From contig RSEE01000026.1 in NCBI GenBank assembly GCA_003971905.1, forward strand, positions 1 to 64,000: DNA of 64,000 nt, read 5' to 3'. This DNA comes from Moniliella sp. 'wahieum'. Its lineage: Eukaryota. The notes under the pieces were generated by a model. The model searched no databases. It was not told where the DNA came from and saw nothing but the letters and a program-made list of their open reading frames with translations. Position 1 is the stretch's first letter, and each line of letters begins with the position of its first letter. This document shows positions 12,305 through 24,882 of the stretch, one piece after another. The translations under genes and the position numbers were made by a program.

Positions 12305-13598
12305 ATGTCTACCTTTGGCCGCTTCTTCCGCGTGACTACCTTTGGCGAGTCGCACTGCCCGTCGGTGGGGTGCATTGTGGATGGGTGCCGCCCGGGATGG
12401 CGCTGCGGAACGAGGATGTGCAGCCGCAGCTGAGCCGGCGTCGGCCGGGCCAGAGCGCGCTCACCACCCCGCGCGACGAGAAGGACCGGGTGGAGATCCA
12501 GTCGGGCACGGAGCATGGCGTGACGCTCGGCACGCCCGTGGCGATGATTGTGCGCAACCAAGATCAGCGCCCGCACGACTACACGGACAAGACGTTGGAC
12601 CTCTACCCCCGTCCGTCGCATGCCGACTACACGTACTTGGTCAAGTACGGCATCAAGGCCTCCTCGGTGGTGGCCGTTCCTCGGCGCGAGACGATTGGCC
12701 GTGTGGCCGCGGGCGCAGTGGCGAGAGAAGTACCTCAAGGAAGCGTTTGGCGTGGAGATTGTTGCGTTTGTCAGCTCGGTGGGCAAGGTGCACATCCCGC
12801 GCTTCCCTGGCGAGAAGCTCGCCCCGGCACCCAAGGCCGACGTGCACGACCCTGCGGCACCGGCGAGCAGCGTTGACAATGTGGTGGTGTACGATGGTCT
12901 GAGTGCGGCCGAGGCAGAGGAGCCGTTGAGCCAAGAGTTCCGTGACTTGCTCAAGTCGGTCACGCGTGCCGAGGTGGACAAGACGCCGATTCGCTGCCCG
13001 CACCCGCGGCGGCGAACGGATGGAGCAGCGCATTCTGCTCGCCAAGAGCAAGCACGACTCGATCGGAGGCACAGTGACGTGTGTCATTCGCGGTCTGCTG
13101 CCGGGCTGGGAGGCCTGTGTTTGAAAGTTGGAGGCCGTTGGCCCACGCCATGCTCTCCATTCCCGCTACCAAGGCGTTTGAGTTTGGTTCGGGCCTGCGC
13201 GGTACCGAGGTGCCGGGCAGTGGGCACAACGATGCGTTTTTCGCCAAGCCCGATGGCACGCTGGGAACCACGACGAATTGGTCGGGGGGTGTGCAGGGGG
13301 CATCACCAATGGCGAAGACATCTACTTCCGCGTCGGCTTCAAGCCCCCTGCCACCATCTCCCAAGACCAGCAAACGACGGCGTACGACGGTACTGAAGGT
13401 GTGCTCAAGACGCGTGGGCGGCATGACCCTTGCGTTGTTCCCCGCGCGGTGCCCATTGTGGAGTCCATGGCTGCGCTGACGGTCATTGACGAGCTGTTGG
13501 GCCAGGATGCTCGCCAATTGGCCGCCTCGCGTCTCAACTCGGCGGTTGTGGCAGGGTTGCCCGACAGCATGAAGCTGCCCAAGCACAGGACGGCCTGA
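12305..13598 (+). CDS. ARO2: Chorismate synthase (frameshifted)
   Basis: [105 protein letters not shown]. Confidence 0.97.
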
Positions 13599-16500
13599 GA
13601 CGAAGGCCAAACGCCCGCTGTTTCCGTCAACTTAAAATGCACGTTTTTACAGAAGTACACGTTCCATCTTAAGTTGTAGTGTAGTCTGCTCCCTCTGATC
13701 CCACGGGACTACGCGCCCAAGCACCTGCTTTGAGCATGTACAATGCAACAGCACCCGACCTCACATTCGTAATTGAAGCCCAGCGTCGTGAAACACACAA
13801 CCCCACATGTTTAATCGCTTTGTTGCGCAACTGAGCGGGAAGGACAACTGTGTCGTGCTTGGACACCATGCCTCCCCCACCACTATCACTGCTTGGCAAA
13901 ATATGGAGGCAAAACATCACAGAAGAGGAGTAGACAAATATGAGTAGAGAACGTGTTATAGTACCCAAGTGGGATACGGACATCCCCCCTCTCATCGATC
14001 CCGATCTAGTCATATATTTCGCTGCTTTCTATAGTCTCAAGTCTCATTGAGAGCAGTCCCATTCGTCCCACCTCTTGTTCCTTTATCATACATGTACGTA
14101 GCCGTCTTTCTCCCACCGCCTACGACCTCATCATCTTCCCCGATCTCCGACGACAATAACGACCGCCAGCTTCTACAGTGGTGTGCACAGGTGTCGAGCT
14201 CGTCCAAGCGCGTCTTTCCCTACAGCCCCATCTCCTTACGTCCCAGCATCGCCCAGCAGCCAGCCCGACACATTTCGATCTTCCTGTGGCGCAGAGGCCG
14301 TCACCACGCCGTCATCAGCTCTCGTTTCGACATCCGTCGTCGTCCTTCAGCATCGGCCCTTCGCCACCCTCCTCAGGAGCTGATGGGCCCGCTCCCCTCT
14401 CCCCTGTATCCGAAACACAACCCCACCTCTGGTGTGGAGCGCAAACGCAAGCGTGAGCATGAGGACGAGGACGAGAGCGAAGACGACGATGAAGATGCGG
14501 ATACGAAAGTTATGGGTGAATCGGCACTCAAAATTGTCAAGGTACTGAACCATGTTCGCTTGCCTGAGATGACCGCCTCAGCGCGCCCATGCTGGTTACT
14601 GAGAGCCTGAGGCGTTCCTGACCCCTCCTTCCATTCAAGATGAAAAGGAACGGGCCCGTATCCCTATCAATTTGAGTGACCACTGAAACGCTACCCCTGT
14701 GATGGGAATGTGTAGCCTCTTACTTCGGCGAGCGAAGGATATGACGAGGATGATGCGTTGGAGGTGCACGCTCTCGCCTGCATTTTTGGTGTCACGCAAG
14801 TTCTTGGTCTGGCCAATATGGTTATTGGCGGTATGGTGTTCGCGCTCAGCGGTATACGATTACGAATTGCTAGGGCAAGACCAACCGAGTACGGGGGGAA
14901 AATTTCGGCCCTCAGTGACATGGTCACCAACTAACAGAGAAGATGATTAGTGTGTTGAGTATAGCGCCGACAAGGCCAGGCGCACCGAGACGTTGCGTCT
15001 TCACACCCAGAGCCTGCATGCACAACCGGCGCCATTGAACACGGCTTGTGTCCGTGGTTCTCTACAAACCGCCGACGGGTGTGCATTGTTGGACAGCAAT
15101 AGGGCACCTGCTCGGTGGACTACTTTCTCAAACGTCACCTCCACGGCCGTCACCTCCCCGGCCTGGAATACATTTAGTCTCCATCATGAAAAACGAACCC
15201 TTTTTTCCTCGATCCATGTGGACGCAGTTCCAGCACTTGCGCCCATCCCTGATCCCTCCACGCCTGGCCAGATGATTCCTTTCCTCACCTCTTCGATGGT
15301 CCACGAGTGATCGACAGAGACGAGCCACGTTCGTGCGCAGTTCAGCATGAAGCCGTAATATCCTCTCCTTCGATCCATGCAATAAACTGTGCGGTATCCC
15401 TTCCGACCAAAGCGGGCTTGGTGTTGGGTCGCTCACTCGTCCTCTCCGTGTGTTGGTTCGTCGGCATCAATGCGCGCATACGCGACGGATCTATTGTTTG
15501 GGTATCCCACTCCAAATCGGTAATACTATAGGGACATAATAATAGTACAACGGCAGTTTCCCTCAAGACTCTCCCCTACTCTCTCTTACGGCAAGCCTAC
15601 CACCCTGTGAACCCATCTCGCCTTCGTCGGTGGTTGTGCGACTATTGCCATTACCCGACGTCCACACTCACGCTCCATAATACCCCCTCATGACGATCCC
15701 CGCAAGAGGACTGAAGACGTGCTCACTACCACGGGCAACACGAAACCAAATGCCCTGCAGTTACAACAGCGCCCAAGGGTATGGTGGTCTGTTCCTGCAA
15801 AGCTCCCGTCATTGATAAAGGCTCTTTTTCAGCCTCCTACCCCCCCTGATCCTTTTGAAAACCCTCAGCGCTCGTATTGGATGGATGTTGCTATTGCATA
15901 TGTGCCTCTGTGATGGATTTGTTCTCCTCCTGCATTACTCCCTTCTCTGGCAATGCCTCCCTTCCCCAGGTCAGTTCTATTATCATACGGCTTCTCAATG
16001 CTGCTGTCGAGGACGACGATGGACACTAGGTAATTACATGAGCAACGCCCGCATTACCGATGGCCAAAGCGCTGCCATTACAACGTGAGATGTTGGCTTT
16101 GGGATTGGGACTGTATCCCAGGCGCCACCCGAAGAAGCCACCGCGGCGCCAATGCTCAGAATATATCCACAGCAAACCGCGTCCGGGTGGATGAGTGTGT
16201 TTTGTCTGCTGTCCTAAGGAGACTTTTCCTACTGGCTCCTCAACGGGGAGCATTGCAGTAAGGGGAAGAAGGGTGGGGCAAGGGGGACGGATGGACAAGA
16301 GGGGAGATCTCGATGATACTAAAAGGACGGTGAGTTCCGGCTGTGATGACGGGGAAAGTACGACCCATTTCTCACAATATTCTCACGTATCTACAGGTCT
16401 CATGGCGGCCTACGGCGCTGCGTGCTGATAGGAGCTGTGGCCAGAAGTCGCCCCGATCGCCCCTCCCCCCTTGTATTCACCGTGCCAGAAAGGGAGGTAA

Positions 16501-18302
16501 AGCCCGCCATCACCCGGGAAAGGGGGAACATCGCTTACGAGCAACACAACAGCAGCACGCCTCCCCCCCCCCGCGCTCAGTCTCCTTAAAAAAGGGAGTT
16601 GAGGATGTTGACCGGTCAACCCCCCGCTGTTGGAATTTCCCCTCCTGTCTAATCTCCATCCGACTGGTATCAACGTTGACAACGCGAAGCAGACGAAGCA
16701 ACCGAGACGCCTGCGACTCAAGGCTGCGACTCAAGGCTGCAAGCTCCGCGGCGCCAAAAGAATATGATCCACGATATCACTTGCTCGTATATGTATATCC
16801 AAATCCACCATCTGCCTCCCGTTCCTCTATCTCACGTTTCGTTACTATCACACTAGTTCAAAAAGGGTGCTCGTTTTCCTTCTCACGCTCTTGGTCCATG
16901 TCAGATCCCCCCTGCTCGGATATACGTTCGATATACCCTGTTGGACGGGGTAGATACCCTGGGCGCACGGGTCGCCAGTGCGCTCTGCGCGGGGGGCGGG
17001 GCTTTTGAACGTGTGTGGAAGAGGCCTGTTGAGAAGCCTGGGAGCCATTGGCCGTTTGGCTGAACGCTGAACGCGCTGAACTCAACGTTGAATAACGTAT
17101 TCGTTGAACGTATACGCGTGGAACGTGGAGAGTAGAAAACTGGACGCATGCCACCCACACGTGCATGCTATGCCACCTGTGTCACAGAAATCTGTGGCAT
17201 GCTCTGCGAGCGCTCACCCGCTCATCCGCTCAGCGCTGAGGCTCAGCGCTCATGGGTCCAGCTTTGGGAAACTCAACCGCTTCAACATCATGCATCATGC
17301 ATCATGTGTCGTCATGCATCACCTGAACATTCAATATTCCACGTTCGACCTATGCTCTTCTCCGATCCATATCCATTCGCCTTCGCCTTAGCCTTACGGA
17401 TGCGCCGGTCCATCAGTGACTACTCCTAATAGTGATCAGCATCTAGAAACAACAGTGGCACGTATCGATATCGTTAACCGATTGTGAGTGACATCTATCC
17501 TATTGTGTGCATTCCATTGACAGAGCTTAAGGCTGGGACAGGGGGAACGCTACGTCTAAACCGAACCGTTCATCTTGCGGGGGTTACTTGGAAGCGCCAC
17601 CAAGATTAAGGGACCAGGGGGATCGCCAGGATATCAGGACCCTCCGGCTCACGCCATCCGGTCCCGTACCCTAGGAAGCGCGTGTGGACACGGAGGAACG
17701 TGGTTGACATACGAGCGAGGAACCATTTCCACTGAGACTTAGTATTCCCCCATTGGCGCAGAAAACGCGAATGTATGTCGTCAGCGCGTCAGCGAACATA
17801 TGAGCGCGGACCATCTGTGGCACCAAACTGGTGTAGCGGCGCCGGTAGCCAAGCCCGGATCCGTTTCCGATGCATTCCTTCCAATATTCCGTCCAGATGA
17901 TAGAGGAATATTCTAGCCTCTGTAGCTCATGCCTACAATGCAATGTACCATCAACTGCCTGTGCTCTCTGGTCTTCTCTACACCATCAATACCCAAATGC
18001 TGATGGGTGGCAAAAGAAGAAACGTCAGCGCGTCAGCGTCAAGCTTCAAGTCCATTCGCCCCAATAGTTACTAGTTACGAGTTACTAGTTACTAGTTATT
18101 CATAGGCGCTATAGTCAGTCACACTGGTCTCGCTGTGGTCACACTGGTCACACTAGTCACTCCTTGATTAGACTAGTCGCTCGCTAGGATCTAGTCAGCA
18201 CTCGTATGTACTCAGTACTCGATACTCAGTGAGGTACTCAGGTGCTCGAGTACTCAGGACTCAGGTACTCAGCAACCAAGCTTCAAGCTTCAAGCCCAAA
18301 AC

Positions 18303-18800
18303 TGTTGGAGTGTGGTGGCATGTGGCACCACTTGGTGTGATGGCTGGATCGGCCATGTCGCTGGCAAGCGGAACTGGCTATAGAGTTCCGCAACTCGCGC
18401 GCTCCGGATTGGTTACCGTCGCGCCCTCGTTCCCCTCCTTCCTCTTCTCCCGTTGCATTGAAGGTTGGACTAGCGTCAGGAGCTTACAAGAAGCTATCTC
18501 TGACTGTTCCCACCCTGCACAGGTGAGCTTCCTGTTCTCTCTCTTCCTGTTCTCTTCCTGCTTCTGGCGCTTGTCCTTGTCCAACGGTTGCATTAAAGGT
18601 TGGACTAGCGTCAGGAGCTTACAAGAAGCTATCTCTGACTGTTCCCACCCTGCACAGTGCAATCGTCCTTAGCTTGGTAGCGTAGCTACTTCTCAGTTAA
18701 CGGACAACCGGGTTCTGGGCTCTCATTGGTGTGACCGATTTCATCGCGCTCACCCATTGATCGCCTAGTCTAGTGCTTCACCCTAGCCCCCAATCTTTCA
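18303..18800. mobile_element. Solo LTR, family A (498 bp)
   Basis: Starts TGTTG and ends TTTCA, flanked by the identical 5-bp direct repeat AAAAC (18298-18302 and 18801-18805). Contains an internal 71-bp duplication. Confidence 0.75.
18452..18657 (+). repeat. 71-bp direct repeat, two copies (18452-18522, 18587-18657), one mismatch
   Basis: GTTGCATT(G/A)AAGGTTGGACTAGCGTCAGG...CCCTGCACAG occurs twice, 135 bp apart. Confidence 0.9.
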
Positions 18801-19100
18801 AAAACCACTAGGTTCTAGACTCTAGTCACTTAAGTTACTAGTTACTATTCACTAGTCACTATTCACTTGCCACAGCGACCAAACTCGATCTGATCGATAG
18901 TCACTCTAGTCACTTGCTTGCAGTCACAGCGACCTGTCTTTCACCTGGAGCGAGGGGATGGAGTCACAGTGGGGCTAGGCGGAACCCGCGGAGCCCCGGG
19001 TTAAATACCGATAAAACCACATTAACATAGGAAACGCGAGAAGTATAAGAAGCTGGGAGATAAATGGTAAAAAAGAGAAGTTGAGAATGTTGATACTAGA

Positions 19101-20094
19101 TGTCACGGGCGGGCGCCTCCAGGGGCCCGCCCTGGGGGTTTTTGGGGTACAATCCCTTAGGCGACGGTAGGTCGACTCACGGTGGTTTCGGGCTTAGGCT
19201 GGTTGGTGAATCCGAGCGGAGCTAGGGACGAGGAGAGGCCTTTGGTGGGGCGGCTGCACGTGTGGCAGGGCTGTGTCTGCACCGGTTTGGGCCGTAGTAA
19301 CGTGTCTGAAGCCTCCGGGACTTAGGGACGGGAGGAGGCAGCGGCGGACAAACGCTGCCTTGACTGAGACTGGAAATCGACGCGGCCAGAGGAGGGCTCG
19401 CGCGACTGGACTGACGAATGACTGGAGGATGAGGTCGGAGGAGATGTCGGACGCTAACAAGACATAGCTAATCGAAATTTCTTGCGCACAATCTTGTTGG
19501 GCCTTGCCCACCTTGAATTTTGTACGTAGTCCTCACATATCTATCCGGAACCTTGTTACCAGCATTTTCGATTAGCTATGGAGTAGGCTGCCTGTACTGG
19601 ATCAATTGGCTGGAAAACGGGCAGGAGCCGGACAGGATAGGCGAGAGGGTAGACGAGGGAGTTGAGACGAGAGTGGGGACGAGAATGGGGACGAGAATTG
19701 ACGAGAATGGAAGGTGGGGGAAAAGATCCCCATCAACCAGGCGTACAGGCAGGATCAAAAGGGAAACGGATACAAGAGGGGTGTAGAAAGGAAGACATGT
19801 CAAAAGCGGGGTTGGTCGCCACAGGCACGACCGAGAAAGGAAAAGGAAACGGGGACGGGGCGACAGACGTCGCCACGGCACTGGAAGCTCGGTGGCCTTA
19901 TTTAGGCCGGCCGACTTGGACTTGGGGGGGGGCGACTATTGCCGCGCGGATGCATGGCCCTTCGGGCACGATACTTAATTTAGCCAACCATCATCACACT
20001 CGGTTGGCCTGCGGAGCAGGCTCTACTGGGCATGTGTGGAGCAGGCGGGCCTTAGCTTGGGTCGGACCATCTCGTTTCCGCCGCGCCCGTGACA
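19101..20094. mobile_element. Solo LTR, family B, full-length copy (994 bp including a MITE insertion)
   Basis: Termini TGTCACGGGCG...CGCCCGTGACA form an 11-bp inverted repeat (TG..CA). Flanks CTAGA/ATAGA match 4 of 5 as a TSD. A closely similar partial copy starts at 58492. Confidence 0.8.
19463..19580. mobile_element. 118-bp MITE with 15-bp TIR and 2-bp TSD
   Basis: CATAGCTAATCGAAA...TTTCGATTAGCTATG flanked by GA/GA. Absent at the matching position (about 58850) of the second LTR copy. Confidence 0.85.
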
Positions 20095-21849
20095 ATAGAA
20101 GCTGATGCGCTGATGTCGATGATGTCGATGATGGTCTATTGCAGTACCATGTAACAGTCAATATTCATGTTTTTAACGGGATAGCCTAACCGCTTGACGC
20201 TACAAAACCTGCAGATGGTAGCCTCTGGTAGGCCGTCGTTAGGCTGGGGGGGGAGGGGGGGGGCTGATGCACTGATGAGACGCGGCGAGGTGCGCGGCGT
20301 ATGCAAAACCAAGGCGCTATTAGCTACTACTACTTTCTAGTAGCTATAGTTACTGATGGTTACTAGTTACTAGTCTTCTGGATGGCTTTTTTCAAGCTTT
20401 TGATGATCCTTGCCTGGTGGGTTCTGCGGTCACGCGTCACGCCCAAGGCTCACCGGTCGCCAGTCACTAGTCATCCGCCACCAGTCACACGGTCACGCGT
20501 CACGGGCTACGCATCCCACATTCATGTCACACGAGGAGGACCACCGGGCCTACGGCCGGTCGGCTGGGGCTTCGCCCCAGCGTGGTGCTGCGTCGCCACC
20601 TTAGCCACCGTTCCACCGTCGCTACCCTTCCACGCTGGAACCCTTCCACGCTGGAGAGGGCAAATAATATCACCGATTCTCTGGCTGCGGGTGGCTGGGA
20701 ACGTGGCATCGGTCGGCACGTGCCTATGACGTAAAAGTGTGCAGGATTTTCCAGCCGATCTTATGACATGTCACATTGATGCAGATCCCAGACTAGTCGG
20801 GCTTATCCCACACCTCCATCATGTCACAACACGCACATGTCACAGCCATCCTGTCGTCACCGCGTTACTCGTTGCTAACTGCTTGCCCTGCCCATGTCAC
20901 TGTCACTAGTCACTGTCACACTGTTGCCAGAAGCTGCTGGTACGCTCGGTGGCCGGCGGTGCACTGGAAACTCGAGGGAACATGGTGAACATGGGAACGT
21001 ACTCGAACGAACCGTCGTGATGTTCTGCCAGGGCACAGCAGTGCGCCAGTGACCGAGCGATCCGCCTACCGCTGAGGCTCAGCGGGGATGCTCAACTCTC
21101 AATCTCACGCTCCAACCTTCAAGCTGCAAGCTTCACGGCCAACATTTCGCCCCAAGCGCACCCCTTTCGACATACTAGGTAGCGGGAATACAAAGCCGTA
21201 AGCGGCAACAGGCAAGTACGGGTAAGGGGTACGCGCCACCCCTGCACCGCAATGCCCCAGGCCGCTCAGTCTGAGCACTCAGTCAGTACCGGAAGTACTC
21301 GATCTGAGGTCAAAGTACTAACCGGTGCCACCATCCACAACACTCTCCCCCTGCCCGGACCGGTAGCACACAACACGCAATCCAGCACACGCCGCGCCTG
21401 TCACCAAGTCACAAGTCACATGTGAGCTGGCGAGGCTGAAGGCAGGCTCACGTCCCTGCCCTCCCAGTCGCCCTACCTGACCACTCGGCACCACAGTACC
21501 TCGTTCCTCGTTCCTCGTTCCCCACCACCACCACCTCCTCCTCTTACTTCGCTCCTCGCTCCTCCACTCGACCCTACACTCTCGTTCGAATTGGCTCCCG
21601 CCAGCGATTGGCTACAGCAGAACGCAGCGGCACCTTATACACCCACCGCTGCTTTTCTAGCTCCCTTGTCACTCGTTGGGCTCTGCTCTTCGTCTCCCTT
21701 TATTTCACTCTACCCTTGCCGCTGTTTCGTCTCGTTTCGTCTCGTCCCTACCCGCCCCGTCTCTTCTACTCCCGTCCCGTCCCGGCCCGTTCCGTCCCTT
21801 CTTGTCTTATTTCGTACTTTCTTGTTTCCCATTTTTCATTTTGTTCGCG

Positions 21850-23670
21850 ATGACTTTTTCGACTTCTCCTGCTATCGCCACTTCAACTCTTGGCATTACC
21901 TCCCATGGCACAACTCTGCAAGGTACCCCTCCCGTCTCTCCTCGGACTTCGCCCTCCCCAGACACGCCGGGCGAATCCAAGGTCTCCAAGTCTACCAATC
22001 GCTCCCCCTCGTCCTCTCGCAAGGCTCAATCTGCCGGCCAACGCAAGAGATCGTCTATCGGCGGGGCCACCGCGTCCGCCAACCAGGCACCTGCACAATG
22101 TGAGCAGGAAGACGATGACCTGTCCACTACCGTCTCCATGGCATGTACTTTTTGCCGCCAACGGTGCGTTTCTCGTGTTTGGTCTTTAGCATTGATTTTT
22201 TACCAAAACGCACCTACTAACCGTCTTTCTTAACCCTTTTTCGTCATTGTAGCAAGATCAAATGCAACAGCGCCAAGCCGGTCTGCAGTGCTTGCCACAG
22301 CTATGGCCGCAAGTGCGTTTACCAGGCGGTCACGGCTGAGGCCAACGCGGCATTGCGCCTTGTGCCAAGCGCACTCGTCGAGCCGCCTGACTGCCTCTTT
22401 AATCCTGTCGGCTCCGTCGCTGCAGTCGTGCTTGTTTAGCCAAAAGGTTGTGGCTAACGTGACCACTCGGGTGCACCAGCACCACAGCGCGTCACTCAAC
22501 CAGATTGCCGAGTCGATGGCAGGTCTGGCCTTGTACTCAGACAATGGCGAATCGCTCTCGCATCTTCACCACGCCGTTCGCTCGCCCGACGATGGTGTGG
22601 TGAACCGTGCCTCCACCCCAGTCAACTTGCATGAACTTCTTACTGTCGATTCCGATGTGCAGCCGTCAAGTCGAGGTGAATATACCTCGCTTCACCCTAT
22701 TACGCCCTCCAACACCGTTTCCGGATCGCCATTGCCCATGCTGTTCACCCCGCAGCCCTCGATGGGACGGACGAAGGAGTGGGAGGGTACTGCTTCCGAG
22801 ACATGGTGGAGTGCTCCCCCCTGCCCTTCGTGTTCGTTGCCTTCCTCCTTCTCTGCTGTATCGGGACCGGGACCGGACTCCATGTTCTGCGATCCCAACA
22901 ACGTGTTTCGCCAGAACCGGTCGTGGATGGCGAGCAACCTAGGTATGGCAATACTCCCCGCTGCGAATTCTTCGTCCGAGGGTGACACGGAGACCTCTTC
23001 AGCGGTGGGAGCCAATGGCAGTAAAGTGACCCAGCTAGGCTCTTGTGTTGATCTTGACCTCTCCCTCCTGCTGGAGAAGATGGAGGAGGCCATGTCGACG
23101 TCCTCTGCCACCCCCATACAGGGGCTGTCTCAAGCTTGGACCAGCTACCCGGGTTGGCAAGCTGGTGCTGGGTTTACCCTCCCGAGCACTGAGGTTACGA
23201 CGGAAACGGTTGCGACGGAGATCAAGTCGAGGGAAGCGATAGAGTGGGACTTGTCCTGCACCCCTCCGCTTTCTCCCTCGCTTTCTCCGTGGCCCTCGGA
23301 GGCAGGGACGGTTGATCAATCGGTAAGCACTCGGCGAGAGCAGCGCCGGCCCGTGGTTGTCAACCCTCGCCTATACCATGTGATTGAGGTCATGAAGCAG
23401 ATCCAAACCCCCGCGCAAGTGAGTGCGCTCGCTCGCCGCCGCCAAGCACGGCAAGCGCAGTCGACCGCTGCACACTGGACCTGTCCGAGCGTTGGTCCGG
23501 GTTCGAACGACGGATCGAGTGTGCCAACCAACACGGGTAGCACCTTGCTCGGCGATCCCAACCAACAGTCAGGCGCAGGGTTCCTGTTGGAGTTGGACTT
23601 GGCCGATTTGCTACCTATAACTCCAACCCGTCTCAGTGGAGCACGCCGTGCCTCGTTGAGCGTGGGCTGA
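21850..23670 (+). CDS. Zn(II)2Cys6 transcription factor with a Ser/Pro-rich C-terminal region
   Basis: ACTFCRQR|KIKCNSAKPVCSACHSYGRKCVY, joined across intron 22164..22252 (GTGCGT, TACTAAC, TAG). Continuation into ORF 22288..23670 requires a frameshift. Confidence 0.8.
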
Positions 23671-24882
23671 GCTCTTTGTCTCCCTTTACTCCAACCACGG
23701 ATGATCTGCTCACCCCCCCTCGCATGAACGGCTGCCGGCTGGGTCAGATTATGCTCCCCCTCCATACTGGGGCTCATGGAATCGTCCTGCATGCCCACAC
23801 AGGAGGAGCTGCTCGTGTCGGAGTTTATGGTGGACGATCCCTTTGCCATGTCGCTTAATCTTGGTGATCAAGCTATGTCGGCGGGGGTATGATGCCCACA
23901 GGGCCTCCAGTGCCACGTTTGTGGAAACGCGCTGGAAGTTTATCTTTTTTTTTGCTCTTTTGTCACCTGTCACCATCTAACCAGCTCTTGGCTGGGCTGG
24001 CCGATAAGGGTGCGGTGCTGATAGTCAGTCGTGATCCTATGACATGACTGTCTCTCCCGGCATCCTTGCTTGCACCCTATCGTACTCTCCGCCCCATCAC
24101 TTCCCCCAAAACTGCTTTTTTATATGTATGTCGACTCACATCATTCAAGTTTTTATGCTCTCGTACGAGCTACACCCCTTGCCTCTTTTGCCCGTTCCCA
24201 TTCCTTCTCCCTCTCTGTTGGTTGCCCGGCTGGAAAGATGGAGTATTCGAAACACGAACATGCCATCTTCCTGGAAGAAACTCGGCATGGCTCCATCCTT
24301 TCCTGGCCCCCTTGCTCCTGTCCCGTTTATCCCCCTTATATTGACGGCCTTTCGCTGTCCATGGTTGTGTCTATGTTGAACATCCTGTCGCTTTACTCTG
24401 CGCATAGTTGACGCTCCCCCGGCCCCGCACCTGTAGACCTATCAGGTCTGATGGAAACACTCGTACTAGTGCGGCCAACAAAGATATTTTGTCATCCTTT
24501 CCTAGTAATATTGCCGCACATGTGTCTTTATATCGTCTCATCATCTCATCGCGCCATGTAGGATCGATCCACGATCATTTTGACCGTCACTCTAGCCACT
24601 CCGACACGGAAACAATTCTCCTTGGTGCAGCAACAACAGCATGACGCATTGGGGGGAAACTGTGCGGTGCTCAGTTGACGGTAACATCGCGTATTGGTGT
24701 GGGGGCGCATGGTGTGAATGTGGTCGAGCGCATGGCATATGTGTATCTGCGGAGAGGACACTCTATGGCCTCGGCTCGCTGGAGCGGTAGATGCAACTGC
24801 ACCGTGTGCTACAAATGCATAAGTATTAAGCCATCCGTGGGCAAGTGATCCAATGCGAAGCGCCAGGGACGAACGATAGGAT

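Noticed and set aside
18452..18657. CRISPR-like repeat-spacer-repeat
   Set aside because: Only two 71-bp units, in a eukaryotic context, with no cas genes, and lying inside a solo LTR.
18115..18930. Homol-D-like CAGTCACA promoter boxes
   Set aside because: They are not near ribosomal protein genes and are explained as variants of the TCA-centred palindromic arrays.
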